A stretch of DNA of 64,000 nucleotides from Octopus sinensis. Taxonomy: Eukaryota. This document shows positions 1 through 13,584 of this stretch, piece by piece. The DNA lies in NCBI RefSeq assembly GCF_006345805.1, contig NC_043000.1, positions 87,606,001 to 87,670,000 on the forward strand, read 5' to 3'. Every line of letters starts with the position of its first letter. The first letter of the stretch is position 1. Below the pieces are notes generated by a model that worked only from the letters and a program-made list of their open reading frames with translations, was not told where the DNA came from and did no database searches. Both the position numbers and the translations under genes were made by a program.

Positions 1-329
1 ATATAATATATATATATATATATAAACACACCAGCGTGATTTCCATATCATCACATCATAGGTCGAACGAAGATCAAGAATTCAAAGAAATTGGCATGTG
101 TAATATTCTAAGCTACATAACAATTAAAATTTCAACATCAGCGCTTTAATTTATCAGAAGCACCACATCAAACCAATGAGATTATCTCTATAATATAGAA
201 GCGAATAGAAATACCCATTATTCATTTGGATCGTTGATGGGTTGTAGTGTACGTGATTTAGTTCAAATGCTTGGTATCATCCGCAGAATTTATGGTGCGT
301 TTACAGGTCATATCTCCCCCACCGCTTTC

Positions 330-458
<129 letters not shown>

Positions 459-823
459 CCATGTGCCTGTTTGAAAATTATACATTCATTGGTAATAAAG
501 TAAGAGGCTTTATTTTTAGACAAGGATAACCACAATAAATTGCGTGTTAAATATTTATATTAAACTGTTTGTATGCTACATATGTCAGAGTATATTTATA
601 TTATATTAACTCTACCCCATTTTTGAGAGGACGTATGTGTCATTTAAAGCTTTACAATGTGGAGGACAAAAGGAATGTTTAGTTAACATGTTTATTATAT
701 CCATTATTATCATAAATATAATAGAAAAGAAAACATAATTATATAGAAAAATGTCTGCATGTATATATGCATGAATGTAGGGATTAAAGCATAAGAATAA
801 TTATATATTCAGTACATGTTATG

Positions 824-1142
824 TTTATTTATTTATGCGCCCTTTTCAAGCCTAGCCGGGCTCATGGGCCCGGTTTCCCGGTTTTTATGGCGTATGTTCC
901 CACCCACCCAGCTGAACGGGACGCCAGTCCATCGCAGCGTTACTCAAGAAACAGGAAGAGAGAGTGAGAGAAAGTTGGGGCGAAAGTGTACAACAGGGGT
1001 CGCCACCACCCCCTGCCGGAGCCTTGTGGAGCTTTAGGTGTTTTCGCTCAATAAACACACACAACGCCCGATCTGGGAATCGAAACCGCGATCCTCCGAC
1101 CGCGAATCTGCTGCCCCAATTACTGGGCCGTTGCACCTCCAC
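824..1142 (-). mobile_element. tRNA-derived SINE, family C (octopus OR-like)
   Basis: Minus strand starts GTGGAGGTGCAACGGCCCAG with B-box-like GGTTTCGATTCCC, contains TGCGATGGACTGGCGTCCCG core-like motif, and ends in an AAAT-type tail. Confidence 0.7.
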
Positions 1143-1169
1143 ATATTATGCAAGGAGAAGTAAAAGGAA

Positions 1170-1330
1170 GTGAGAGCACATCTTGCAGAGAAAAGTGACA
1201 GAGTTCCATGTGAAAAGTGTGGTTGCTTTGTTTGAGGGTTCAAATCGCCAACCTTTTGTAATCCGCGAGCAATATTTCTAGAAACTTCGAAAAACATTTT
1301 GGCGGAAAGTTTATATAACTTTGCTTTAAT
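1170..1330 (-). pseudogene. Degenerate PIF1/Helitron helicase C-terminal fragment
   Basis: KMFFEVSRNIARGLQKVGDLNPQTKQPHFSHGTLSLFSAR resembles PIF1 motifs V-VI (FAMTINKAQGQTLxKVG..L..P.FSHGQLYVA.SR). Confidence 0.45.
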
Positions 1331-1955
1331 GTCTGCTGTCGTTGACTGACATGTCTGTCGATAAACATAGGCATTGCCTTTTTTAAGTGTGTTCATACAT
1401 TTCTAAACGAATCTTGCTCACGTGAGCCTAAACACAAATTTACTGAGATAAATACATATGTGTGCATTTATAGATAAGAAACTTGGCATGTGACAATCAT
1501 ATTTTGATATTTTCCTTAGGTTCAGTTTCATTTACTTACGACTGGTAGTAGCATATCATGTAGATTGATTCGAAAAGCATAGGAATGCATTGCACGCCTA
1601 AGAAAACATAAACATACGTGCAAATTGAATAATAGTGCGTATACAGGCGCACGTTGCTAGGATATACACTTTACACCTGACTATATATCTAACCAACTTG
1701 ACAGATCTCACAGAAGACTGCATCAATTATATAACTATGCTTCACCTTCTACAAAAATCTTGACGGATTGTATATATCATGCACTGACTCGCATCTTATA
1801 TTTATATATTATAGAAATATATGCACCTTAAACAAACAATTAGCATCTTAATAAAATGCACCACACTAGGAAAATGTATTTAACATGCACATAGCGACGT
1901 ACAAATTTTATTAACCTAGCATGTAAACATACGACTTGTTCCTAAAATCAATACA

Positions 1956-2029
<74 letters not shown>

Positions 2030-2883
2030 CAAACAAAGTTGTATTTATCTATACTGATGCATATGTTACTTGGAAATATTCGCACTCATTGATGTACATG
2101 CACACATACAAGGCAAATTTGTACACACAGATATACGAACGTGAACGGATAAATGTTGACATATATGTTTTAGAAGATGAAAGCTAGAATTCTTATTACA
2201 AACCAATGTTCTACGTATTAGCAAAACTATATATTGATAAAATTCAGACAGCGTTACATGTCAACATTCTTGCAATCATCAGTTGCTTCAAATTAGAGAC
2301 AAATACCTTGAGAAAATGACTAAGTAATTATATGTCTCCAAGTTTTTACCTTTTGAGATACAAATTGTAAGGAAAATTGATATCGCAAACGATTACTTAA
2401 GTAATGCGTAAGAATTGATTTTTCAACTGGCATGCAGAGCTCCGTATCAAATAAAACAAATAAACAAAACATATAAACAAATATAAGATGGGAATAAATA
2501 AATAAACGAACATCGACGTAAGAATTCCGGAAATAGTGCAACAACGCTAGAGGCAAGGAAAGTTCGATACCAGATTGATCCTGGTTTATTTAGTTTTATA
2601 TACGATTCTGTCTACAGACATGATAAAATAACGTAGAAAATGGCTTGCGCTAAAAGCAGGCGAACTTCATTTGAATGAATGAATGAAAGTAGAGCAAATG
2701 TAAATAAACAAATAAATGAATAAATTAATTCATTGAAATTTTATTTCTTGCAGTTTTGTCTCGAGGAGTAAAAAGCAAACTGAGATATTAGAGAATTATA
2801 TGCAGGTATGTATTTATGCACAACTGTCTGTCTGTCTGTCTCTGTCTCTGTCTGTCTCTCTGTCTGTGTCTCTGTCTTTCTTG

Positions 2884-2914
<31 letters not shown>

Positions 2915-3039
2915 CTTATATATATATATGTTTATATGTATATACATATATATATATATATTCACACACACACACATTTATTTATAAATATATGTGTGTG
3001 TATAAGTATCAATATATATGCACGTGTGTTTGTGTGTGT

Positions 3040-3105
<66 letters not shown>

Positions 3106-5421
3106 GTGTGTGTGCTTGTGCGTGTACATACTACGTTGTTAGGTAGCTTTGGCTGAAACCCATTGATAATTACTCAATACTTTATAATGTTTTATGTGGT
3201 AGAGGAAAAGAAGTAGGCCAACAGGAAGAGAAAATAAATGATTATCCTAGAACAAAAGAGGAGGAAAAGCATTCAGACACCATTAGATATGAATGCTGTC
3301 TCTACTTAAAAGAGTTTTAAGCGTTGTTGGCATTCATGCGGAAGAAAATAATTCACAGAAATGAATTAAAATAAGTCTGTTGGAGTCGAAATCAGAATTT
3401 GATAAATCCATTTATTTTAAATACGAACCTTACTAATAAGTATTGTCTAGCTATTATAGTAGGTGATTGCACAGGAGTAGTAAGATTTCTGACAGTAAGA
3501 TGTATTCTCAAAAAAATCGTTGTGGGTTGTTTACTAGTGAATCTGATGGCGATATTAACGTTGATGTTCTACTTTCTTTTGAAGAATGCATTACGCATTT
3601 TATCACTCTATTATTTTGGGGAAACAAATTGCTATAATTAAAAGTGGAGTTTGATAGAAATCCAAAAGAATTTGTTACCAAGGATTTGAAATATATTCCT
3701 AAGTAATACTCCTGTTCCTAAGTAATATTTTATTAAGAAAATAGGAAATAATATATAAAGCAGAATTGTGTTTCCTTCCTTTCAACTTCTATAATATTGG
3801 ACTAGGTATGTTATAACAATTAATCCAAAGTTATGGGCCTTGATAAGTACTTCTATGACTATCGGCTTACTTGCTTTTAAGGTATATGCATGATATACAT
3901 ATATACATATAACGGCAGATAAAAATGAACATTAGCCAAGACAACAGAAGCGAGATAATAAGTTTTCTCTTAAGATACATGTAGCTAAAATTTTCCTGTC
4001 CACTTATTAAGAGGGAAGCCACAATTAATAGACAATTAAAGACAAACTATAACTCTCCTTTGTTTTTTTGTTTCGTCGTGTAATATATTTTATAAAATTT
4101 ATTCATGTATAACTATGGAAGATAAAGGTAATATATGAGTTGCTGTATTTACAAGCCAACTATCTCCTCCAATAAAAACTTACACCTTCTCTTCCTTGGT
4201 TCTTGAATAATCATTTATCTTCTCTTCACATCGGCCTATTCTCCGTCTAACCACACGAAACCTGACTTATTGTCAACAGTTGTCTCAGTACGCCTTGTTG
4301 TAGATCTCTGGTTTATCCACTCATGTTTTACTGTGTATAGAGGGCGAAGGAGAGTGAGCTTTCATACGAAGATCAGAACGAGTTTACTTATAAATTTCTG
4401 AAAAATGCATTTCTAATGAAATTTTGCAGTATCATTTAACTTATTCTTGTTTCAATCATTGGACTGAGGCCATGACGGAACACCACCTTGAAAGGTTTTA
4501 GACGAATGAATCGATCCCAGTAATTATTTTTCGAGCTTATTATGCACAACAGAGTCTATGAAAGTACTCCAGTGGAGAGAGTTATTACTGAACAGTATAG
4601 AAGAGAGGGGAAATAAAATGCCGATATAAGAATAACTTTACGTATAATAAAATGAAAAAATATATAAAATTATAACCTCCCCAGTATTTCATCTCTTACA
4701 CAATTATGAGGAAGATAGTTAAATGAAGTTATAATATAATTTATTGTTGTATTAGATACGGATATACCAAGAACCAAGAATTTATTAAACAAGATTACAT
4801 TAAAAGGAATAGACAGGCCACATTTATCTAACATAAATCTAGGTTTATGAGTATAACATATTTCTAGTTATTATCTCCCATTGAATTCAACCTCTCTAAT
4901 ATTAGTTTTAGAGAATTTTTCAGAGTGTTTTATTTTATCTATGTTATTCCCATAATACTTAGCGCATGACAGAGGGAGCGGCCATTTACACTCGAACGAA
5001 AGGAGTAAATATTTATGTCGATAAATATTCTTCCGTTTTTAATTTTTTTTTCTAGTTTTATTCAATAAGTTTATAACGTACGTAGTGGTTTTTTACTAAA
5101 TGATCTTATTAAACACTATTGACTTACGTTTGACATAAAAAATGTTTTTTTTATACTTGTATAGATGGGGGTAAATCTTACACTGAATTATTAATTCCCA
5201 TAATGGTTATTTATATATGTTGTAGGATTTGATGTGTTTATAATTTAGTCGTGGATGATTTCCTAAGGTTTAGAATTTTCTATATATATCGATATTGTAA
5301 TTTAGGTGTTTAATTTTTTAAAAATATATTTGTAATTTATATATTTTTATCATATTTTTATTCTCATTTTTATTTTTTATCTAATATGACTTTTAATATG
5401 TATTTTTAACTTTGACACGTA

Positions 5422-5423
<2 letters not shown>

Positions 5424-5492
<69 letters not shown>
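5424..5492. repeat. (TAA)n microsatellite
   Basis: About 22 perfect TAA units. Confidence 0.97.
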
Positions 5493-6074
5493 GATAAATA
5501 GCATGAGGATGAACTGGTGGATTTATGTAGTTGGAGTAGGCTTGATACATACCTCAGCGCAGAAACACGTGTGGCGTTGATTAGAAATACCTTCTTTCGC
5601 CACAGACTAATAACGTATAACTTATATATCTATTTTTTTTATTTATTATTTATTATTTATCTATTTTTTCCGTGTTAATTGTTAACAAAGGAAAAACATA
5701 CACATCTATTTATATATACATATATGTATATATATCATACACACACACACACACACACTTATACATACTAATACGTACTAATACATACTAATACATACTA
5801 ATACATACACCAACCCCATACATACGCACGTCCAGACCTATCATACGCACTAATACTCTCTCATACACACACACACACACACACACCCTTATACATACTA
5901 ATACATACTAATACATACACCAACCCTATACATACACACGTCCAGTCCTCTCCTACGCACTAATAGCTGGTCATTCAACCCTATTATCAACCCTATTATC
6001 TCCCTTTATTTCGCTCTCGCGTCTCATGTTTGATTTTTGACCTCTGGCCGAAATCAGATCGCCATGTTGATTCG

Positions 6075-6270
6075 TTAGTTACTGCACGCATTTTTTTCTC
6101 TCCTTCTTTCTGTGTTTTTTTCTCTCTGTGTATCTTTCTGTTGAAGAGCGTAGGCTCGAAACGTTAAAGACTTGTTTTATTTATATTTCCTGAGCGCCAT
6201 ACTAATACAATTGTTTGTTTGTTTCCCACCTGCCTTCGTCTTTTGTCTATTTTCATAAAGCTTCCCGTTA
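6075..6270 (+). mobile_element. PLE pLTR module, family A (copy 1)
   Basis: Near-identical to 7681-7865 and 55899-56096; ends in (TA)n; carries HHR motif. Confidence 0.75.
6133..6170 (+). ncRNA. Minimal type I hammerhead ribozyme variant
   Basis: TCTTT-CTGTTGA-A-GAGC gtag GCTC-GAAAC-GTT-AAAGA: stem I TCTTT/AAAGA, stem II GAGC/GCTC, palindromic ACGT stem III. Confidence 0.6.
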
Positions 6271-6355
6271 TATATATATATATATATATACACATGTATA
6301 TATGTGTACATATGTATGTATATATTTATATATATATACATGTGTATATGTATAT

Positions 6356-7525
6356 ATTTGAGGAGATTCGTTATAGGTATAAGAACATACCATAAACAAG
6401 TATAAAATATGGAGAAAAGATGCTGCAACAGAAATAGATTTATTATAAAACTGGATTCAATGCATACGTTCGTTTCGAAAAACAATGTAAAAAAAGTAAG
6501 AAAAAATTTGAATCATAATAATTATAATTATAATTGAAAATAGAAAATTAAAATTGAGAATAAAAATATAAATTAATATTTAATTTATGCATTGCCATTC
6601 TCGTCAGTGAGGAATCTTTTGAAGGATATCAAAAAAGTTTAATAAGATAAAGTAAAATGAGATAAAAATAAAATAAAATAAGATACAAGAGAACACACAT
6701 GAGGCAATAAGGGAAATCGAGTAATTTACAAACCAAGTTGTGAACGGAAAAATAATGATATCAACAATAATAATGGTGAGAGAGACGAAAAATAAAAATT
6801 AAAATATATCAATGTGTATGCAAGTGTCTATGTGCAGTGAAATTATAACATAAAAATCTAACGGATGTGTTTAAAAAAATAATAATAATAAACACCGTTC
6901 TAGACGAAGTACAGTGTAAAGAAGGCTACCTGTGTTTATTAGAGTACAATGTAACAATTTCACTAGCATAAGAAAAACATAGAGGGTTATACGTATACAT
7001 AATAATATTATTGAAAAACGAGTAAATATATATATATGTGTGTATTATTTACCAGGAGCTTAAAGCTGATGACCAAGACTATGTTTGAGAATAAAAGCAG
7101 AGACAAAACCCAAGTTTTTTTCAAAGAGAGACGGCGATTAAAGAGAGCGTAGGCCAGTGTATTCAACAGAATTTCTCAACTCAAAGAATTTGCCAGGGGT
7201 AGGAGAGGCGATTGAAAAAAATCGAAAGATAAGAAACAAAGACGAATATATGAAGGAGAAAATATATATTAATTCACATTTTATTTTTTATTAATTAATT
7301 CAGAATTTTATTTAAAATTTTATTCTTAATTTTAATTTTTTATTTTCAATTATAATTATAATCACTATGATTTAAATTTTTTCTTACATTTTTACAGTGT
7401 TTTTCGAAACGTACGTATGCATTGAATTCAGTTTAATAATACATCTATTTCTGTTTCAACATCTTTTCTCCATTTCTTTATACTTTTTATGGTATATTCT
7501 TAAACCTATAACAAATCTCCTCAAA
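6356..7525. mobile_element. Truncated PLE with inverted pLTR arms (about 6356-6580 and 7300-7525)
   Basis: Diverged inverted repeat of about 220 bp; left arm starts right after a TA-rich tract; both arms carry GAAAC-N4-GTA; interior may be a decayed GIY-YIG end. Confidence 0.65.
6454..6616 (-). ncRNA. Hammerhead ribozyme with 124-nt stem II domain
   Basis: Minus strand: GATTCctca-CTGACGA-GAATGGCAATG...CATTGTTTTTC-GAAAC-GAAC-GTA-tgcattGAATC. Confidence 0.6.
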
Positions 7526-7680
7526 AATTATTTTCATATTCTTATTACCTGTTTTGGCTGATTTTCATGAATATGATAAATACTTATTAGAAATCACCTT
7601 TTCTCTCTTTTTGGATCCCCCAAAAGTTTGAATAGTTCTTTCTGAACATAACTTTGCTCACATATATGTGTATGATAGAC

Positions 7681-7865
7681 CGTTAGCTCCTACACACATT
7701 TTTTTCTCTCCTTGTTTCTTTTCTGTGTATCTTTCTGTCGAAGAGCGTAGGCTCGAAACGTAAAAGACTTGTTCTATTTCTATTCCTGAGCGCCATACTA
7801 ATACATTTGTTTGTTTGTACTCCACCTGCCTTCGTCTTTTGTTTATTTTCGTAAATCTTCCCGTT
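7681..7865 (+). mobile_element. PLE pLTR module, family A (copy 2)
   Basis: Matches 6075-6270 and 55899-56096; followed by long TA/TATG tract. Confidence 0.8.
7730..7767 (+). ncRNA. Minimal type I hammerhead variant (CUGUCGA core)
   Basis: TCTTT-CTGTCGA-A-GAGC gtag GCTC-GAAAC-GTA-AAAGA. Confidence 0.7.
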
Positions 7866-8415
<550 letters not shown>

Positions 8416-8456
8416 GGGTGTCTCAGCGTTTGCAAATACGCGTATATCTGCTGTAA

Positions 8457-9000
8457 GTTAAACATCTGAATATTTTACATTTTTCACCGTTCCAAAACTG
8501 GTTTTCAATTAAAATTTCTCAGTTAGCTGTCTCTTTTGGGTTTTATAAGGTTCAATTCCTTAAAACTTGCACTAAAGCAGTTACATAACTAAATACACCA
8601 ATAACCAAAGGAATAAATCTAAATTTATAGCTCAGATATTGTATCTGCAGATTTCTCATTATTTCACACTTTGAATATTTCCTTTTAGTAATTTAACGTC
8701 TGTTGTACAACTGATTGCTTCTACAGTACACATATTTTTCTGTCCCAGATTCTTATGTGTGTAAAATGCTTTTATTTTACAGAGGTCTTAAGAGATTTCT
8801 ACCATTATTCTTTCATGTGTGGTTGAGTACATCCACTTAATACTGTAAATTCTTATATTTCTTAGATTTTAATCTCTTTCATATAGATTATATTGTATAG
8901 TGTATTGGTCACAATATCATGCCTCTACATTGCTAGTGTTCTGATAGCATTTTAGAGAAGTCCATGTTAATTCCTCAGCGTCTCGCACTTCACTTTAGCA
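8457..9000 (-). mobile_element. Decayed R4/Dong-like non-LTR element 3' end (restriction-like endonuclease)
   Basis: Minus strand translates RHDIVTNTLYN, EIMRNLQIQYLSYKFRFIPLVIGVFSYV and GTVKNVK, which align by eye with the peptide at 13600-14223. Confidence 0.6.
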
Positions 9001-9299
9001 GTGTGTCGATCAGTTATCGAAGTTCAAACAGCTTTACTGCCGTTTAATATTATTTGGCAAATGTTTCCAGATTAAGCTAATCTTATACTGGTTCCTTTAT
9101 TTCTAGTTTCTAGTTGAGTGAAAATATTAACTCATTAATAAATATTCTTACAAGAAAGATTTACTAATAAAATCTCTCTAAAGCAAGGATGTTTGTAGAA
9201 ACTTTCCAGTTTAAGATTAAATGCATTCGAATGTTTAGTTTCGTCTCTTTACATTCTGAATTCAGACACCGTTTATCATTCTTCCTACTGCTTTTGTTA

Positions 9300-10070
9300 T
9301 TACAACTGTTATTCCTATTAATGCTGTTCTTATTGTTTTTGTAGTTATTATAGTCATTTTGGGAATAATTCCTATTATCATAATAGTTTTGAACCTTTAT
9401 GTTATTCGGGTTATTTTTATTGGTTTCTGAGTAAAGGTATTTAATTTTTTGCTTATAACCTGCTTTTTCTAATGCGCTTTTGTAGAATTCTTCATACTTA
9501 TTAAAGATATCTTCGTTGGAAGAGAGGTGTGAGATTCCCTTGCTGATGCCTTGTACTAGTCCTCTTTTTATAAAGTTAGGATGGCTGCTAAGTGCATTTA
9601 TATATCTAAGGTTTGTATTGGGTTTTATGTAATCTTGTGGTTAGGTTGTAGTTAGCATCTAAGTAGTTAATAGAATTATGCTCTTTTTCTATTGTAATCG
9701 TTAAACCAAAACGTTTAAAAAAAATTATATAGTTTTTTCTTTAATAGTTCTAGTCTCTTATTTGAAATGTTCATCAGGATAAATAATACGCCGTCTCTTT
9801 AGAGGCCTCCCCTGATCTCTGGGAATTCTTCCTGTATATGTGATATTAAGTAAATGCTTACTAAGTCGGTTACCTGTACTGAATCAGGAGTTCTCATAGT
9901 GATATCGAAGTTACCCATAATTTATTATTGAAATTTATTATGCATTTCCTCGCTTCTAAGATTACCTTAATTTCATTCATTGTTAGTTCGGTATGTTTTT
10001 AGGCGAAAATAAGAGCGCTATGTAGGGTTAATTTATGAGTAGTAATCCTCTATGTCCTTTTCTTTTTCTT
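9300..10070 (-). mobile_element. Decayed PLE reverse transcriptase fragment
   Basis: Minus strand FDITMRTPDSVQVTDLVSIYLISHIQEEFPEIRGGL*RDG resembles PLE RT FDxTMGSxDxAExxxLVGxY...GLYRDDGL. Confidence 0.6.
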
Positions 10071-10090
10071 TGCCTTTTTTCCCTTTTGAT

Positions 10091-10128
10091 CATTTTGAAG
10101 ATGTTTATTAAACGTAACGAGGTAAATG
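10091..10128 (+). ncRNA. Degenerate hammerhead in inverted pLTR
   Basis: CATT-TTGAAGA-t-GTTT att AAAC-GTAAC-GAG-GTA-AATG; stems I and II pair, two core changes. Confidence 0.45.
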
Positions 10129-10430
10129 TAAATGGACACCAATTTGATAAATAGAAACAGATTTAATAGAAACAAACACCAATGATCCACTTCTTATTGC
10201 TCTTATCTTCTAAGTGTATATATATGTATATATATATATATGTATGTATATGTATGGGTATATATAAGTGTGTATATATATATGTATATATATGTATATA
10301 TATGTGTATGCATATATATATGTATGTATATGTATGTATATATGTATATATATGTATGTATATATATATATGCATATATATATATATATGTATGTATATA
10401 TGTATGTATATATATATATGTATATATGTA

Positions 10431-10476
<46 letters not shown>

Positions 10477-10485
10477 TATGTATAT

Positions 10486-12140
10486 GTTAGTTAGTTAGTT
10501 AGTTAGTTAATTTGGCTCAAAAGCAAATAGCAAGGCCATGTAGGGGGACATGGAGTTAAGTACAGGGTGGTGTTCATGTAAAGAGTTCAGGCCACTTGAG
10601 GTCCAGGGAGGCTTTGAACAAAGCGGTCGTCGGCATCTTCACCATCTCGTCTGGCAGCTTGTTCCACGGATCCGCAACCCGGACGGAGAAAGCTCCTCTC
10701 CTTCGATTGAGATGAAATCGTCGCAGGTAAAGCTTTTCGGAATGACCCCGCAGCCGACGCTTCGGAGCAGGAGTGAAGAACAGCTCTTTCGAGAGGTTAC
10801 ACTTCCCGCTTATGATGTTGTGGGCGAGAATGAGATCACCACGGCGGCGGCGTTTTTCAAGAGAATAAAGGTCGAGCGTCCTCAGCCTTTCTTCGTAGGA
10901 CAAATTTTTGAGACCATGAACCATGCGGGTAGCCAGCCTCTGGACTCTTTCGAGATGCTGTATGTCTTTGAGGAGATAAGGAGAAGAGGCTTGAATCCCA
11001 TACTCCAATATGGGTCTCACCAGCGTGACATAGAGTGGCAGGAATATGGCTGCTGTGAGCATTCCGAATGACCGTCGAATCAAAAACAGAATTCCGCGCG
11101 CTTTGTTGGCAGCATGGACGCACTGGGCCGAAGGCGAAAAGGAGGAATCCACCAAGATACCCAGGTCCTTTACCTGATCGGTCCTCTCCAGCAGCAGACG
11201 ACCCGGCTCGAAATCAAGTTGAGTTGCAGGAGTAGAGCCGACAGGCAGATGACAGCACTTTGACACGTTCAGACACAGGTCCCAATCGTTAGACCACTTC
11301 CAAATTTGGTGGAGGCATCGACGAAGATCCTCTATACTACCGCGAGGAGCGACCAGTTTGATATCGTCGGCAAATAGAAGGGTGTGTTGCGTGAGGTCGT
11401 CGGGCAAGTCATTTATGAAGACTAAGAACAACACGGGCCCAAGCACTGAACCTTGAGGCACGCCACTGCTCGCACTGGAGACGTCGGACCGCGAACCATT
11501 AACTTGAACTTGGAAGGAGCGATCTGAGAGGAAGGCACCAACCCATCGTACAATATCCGGATGGAAACTATATGCTTGAAGCTTGACAAGTAGTAGGCGG
11601 TGGTTTACCGAGTCAAAAGCTTTGGCAAAGTCCAATAAAACGATGTCAACAGCATCACTATCATCGAGGATGCGCGTCACCAATTCTTCCATTACTAGTA
11701 AGTTGGTCAAGCATGATCTCTTCGGCACGAAGCCGTGTTGGGAATCAGTGATCGAGGCTGTGTTTAGGAGGTGGAGCATCATACTATTCTTAAGGATGGT
11801 TTCGAACATCTTGCTGATTATTGATGTAAGGGAAACCGGTCGGTAGTTAAGCGGGTCTTCGCGGCTCCCTTTCTTGAAAATTGGGCAGATTATCGCTGTT
11901 CTCCAGTCTGCAGGTATAACACCCGTCGCCAATGACATATTGAATAGTCGTGTTAAGGGCTCGCAGATGACCGGAACCAACGCTTTGATAACCCGTGGGT
12001 GTATGCCGTCAGGGCCGTGGCCCTTGTTGACATCGAGGCCTTGAATAACACGTTTGACTTCGTCCCGCGTGATGATCAATCGAAGCATTGGAGGTACCGA
12101 TCTATCAAATGGAGGGGGTTCACGACCATCATCTTGTTTG
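10486..12140 (-). mobile_element. 5'-truncated CR1-like LINE inserted in TA-rich microsatellite
   Basis: Intact RT ORF; 3' UTR hairpin CCATGT-ccccct-ACATGG; (TAAC)n tail at 10486-10510; GC-rich relative to flanks. Confidence 0.9.
10574..12088 (-). CDS. Non-LTR retrotransposon reverse transcriptase (ORF2 C-terminal 504 aa)
   Basis: GPDGIHP, NYRPVSLTS, QHGF, LDFAKAFDSV, SGVPQGSVLGP, FADD, LERVQRLATR, RRRRGDLI motifs; no stops; N-terminal endonuclease absent. Confidence 0.93.
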   Translation of the reverse strand: MLRLIITRDEVKRVIQGLDVNKGHGPDGIHPRVIKALVPVICEPLTRLFNMSLATGVIPADWRTAIICPIFKKGSREDPLNYRPVSLTSIISKMFETILKNSMMLHLLNTASITDSQHGFVPKRSCLTNLLVMEELVTRILDDSDAVDIVLLDFAKAFDSVNHRLLLVKLQAYSFHPDIVRWVGAFLSDRSFQVQVNGSRSDVSSASSGVPQGSVLGPVLFLVFINDLPDDLTQHTLLFADDIKLVAPRGSIEDLRRCLHQIWKWSNDWDLCLNVSKCCHLPVGSTPATQLDFEPGRLLLERTDQVKDLGILVDSSFSPSAQCVHAANKARGILFLIRRSFGMLTAAIFLPLYVTLVRPILEYGIQASSPYLLKDIQHLERVQRLATRMVHGLKNLSYEERLRTLDLYSLEKRRRRGDLILAHNIISGKCNLSKELFFTPAPKRRLRGHSEKLYLRRFHLNRRRGAFSVRVADPWNKLPDEMVKMPTTALFKASLDLKWPELFT

Positions 12141-12241
12141 TATATATATGTATATATATGTATATATATGTATGAATATATATGTATATATAGATGTATA
12201 TAAAGATAGATGTATGTAAATATATATATGTATATATATAT

Positions 12242-12295
<54 letters not shown>

Positions 12296-12317
12296 TATAT
12301 ATATATGTATATATATG

Positions 12318-12348
<31 letters not shown>

Positions 12349-12896
12349 ATTAGATGATTGAAACGGAATATAGAGTGTAACCAGAAGCTTTATTTAGCAC
12401 ATCAATCGTTTCGTCTTCCCTCTGCACTGCTCCTTATTGGGTGTGGGACAAAGTAATGACATCTGATGCAACGTACAGTCAAGGAGCCTTGTCAGGTGAC
12501 GTAACATGCTTCAAAAGTTATAAAATTTACATTTCATTTTCGCTCCAATTTAGATGCTAGTGGTGTGTTGCTAGTTGTTCATAGACATTTTGATGAAATT
12601 AGGAAAGTTGTGGTCAAGAAGTGGTTGATATAAAAAGAATATAAAGAATCTAACAATTATTTTTTCAAAGCGGGGATGTAGTTGTATTTATGGCATTCAA
12701 TTGAACGGCCCTAAAGCATGTGAAGACCTTTGATGGCTGGCTATGGTAGTCAAGCATGACGGCCTGACCAAGAATTTGGTGGGATGTGATTCCCATCTTT
12801 AGATGTGGTGACTGCTTGCACCGACACACACTCACACATGTATATATACACACAAACATAATATATATATGTATGTATGTATATATATAATATTTT

Positions 12897-13376
12897 CCTT
12901 GTTTCAGTCACTGGACTGCAGCATATATTGAAGAACTTTGACTTCAGTAATTATTTCCTTCGAAGCCTAGTATTTATTCTATCGGTCTGTTTTGCCGAAA
13001 CTCTAAGTTACGTGGATGAAAACACACCATCACCAATCGTCAAGCGGTGCTGGGAGAACGAGCACAAACACAAGGACACATACATACATGCCAACCACAG
13101 ACGTATACACACACACAAACACGCACACACGCACACACACACAAACAAACACACACACACACAAACACACAGACACACATTCACACACACACAAACACAC
13201 ACACACACATTCACACACACACGACGAACTTCATTCAGTTTCCATCTACCAAATCAACTCACAAGGCAGTAGTCGGCCCGGAGCTATAGTAGAAGATTCT
13301 TGTCAAAGGTGCCATGAACTAGGACTGAACTCGGAACCATATAGTTGGAAAGCAAACTTCTTTCCACACAGCCACA
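12897..13376 (-). mobile_element. tRNA-derived SINE, family A (octopus OK/OR-like)
   Basis: Same head, central CA/TG tract and TGACTGAAACAAG tail as 14311-14720 and 18981-19485. Confidence 0.85.
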
Positions 13377-13408
13377 TACATACCTACATACATACATACA
13401 TACATACA

Positions 13409-13441
<33 letters not shown>

Positions 13442-13584
13442 GCATGCATGCATGCATGCATGCATACATACATACATACAAACATACATACATACATACA
13501 TACATACATACATACATACATACATACATACATACATACATACATACATACATACATACATACATACATAGATGCATACATACA
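13377..13584. repeat. (TACA)n microsatellite
   Basis: Direct reading. Confidence 0.97.

Noticed and set aside
5737-5962. Tandem duplication of about 125 bp and short repeated units; considered CRISPR-like
   Set aside because: No unique spacers, no cas genes, eukaryotic context; ordinary local duplication
10550-11846. Plus-strand ORFs 10550..11071 and 11583..11846
   Set aside because: Antisense shadows of the LINE RT ORF
12395-12500. Minus-strand CTGACAA...GAAACGAT motif
   Set aside because: Core, cleavage triplet and stems too degraded to call a hammerhead
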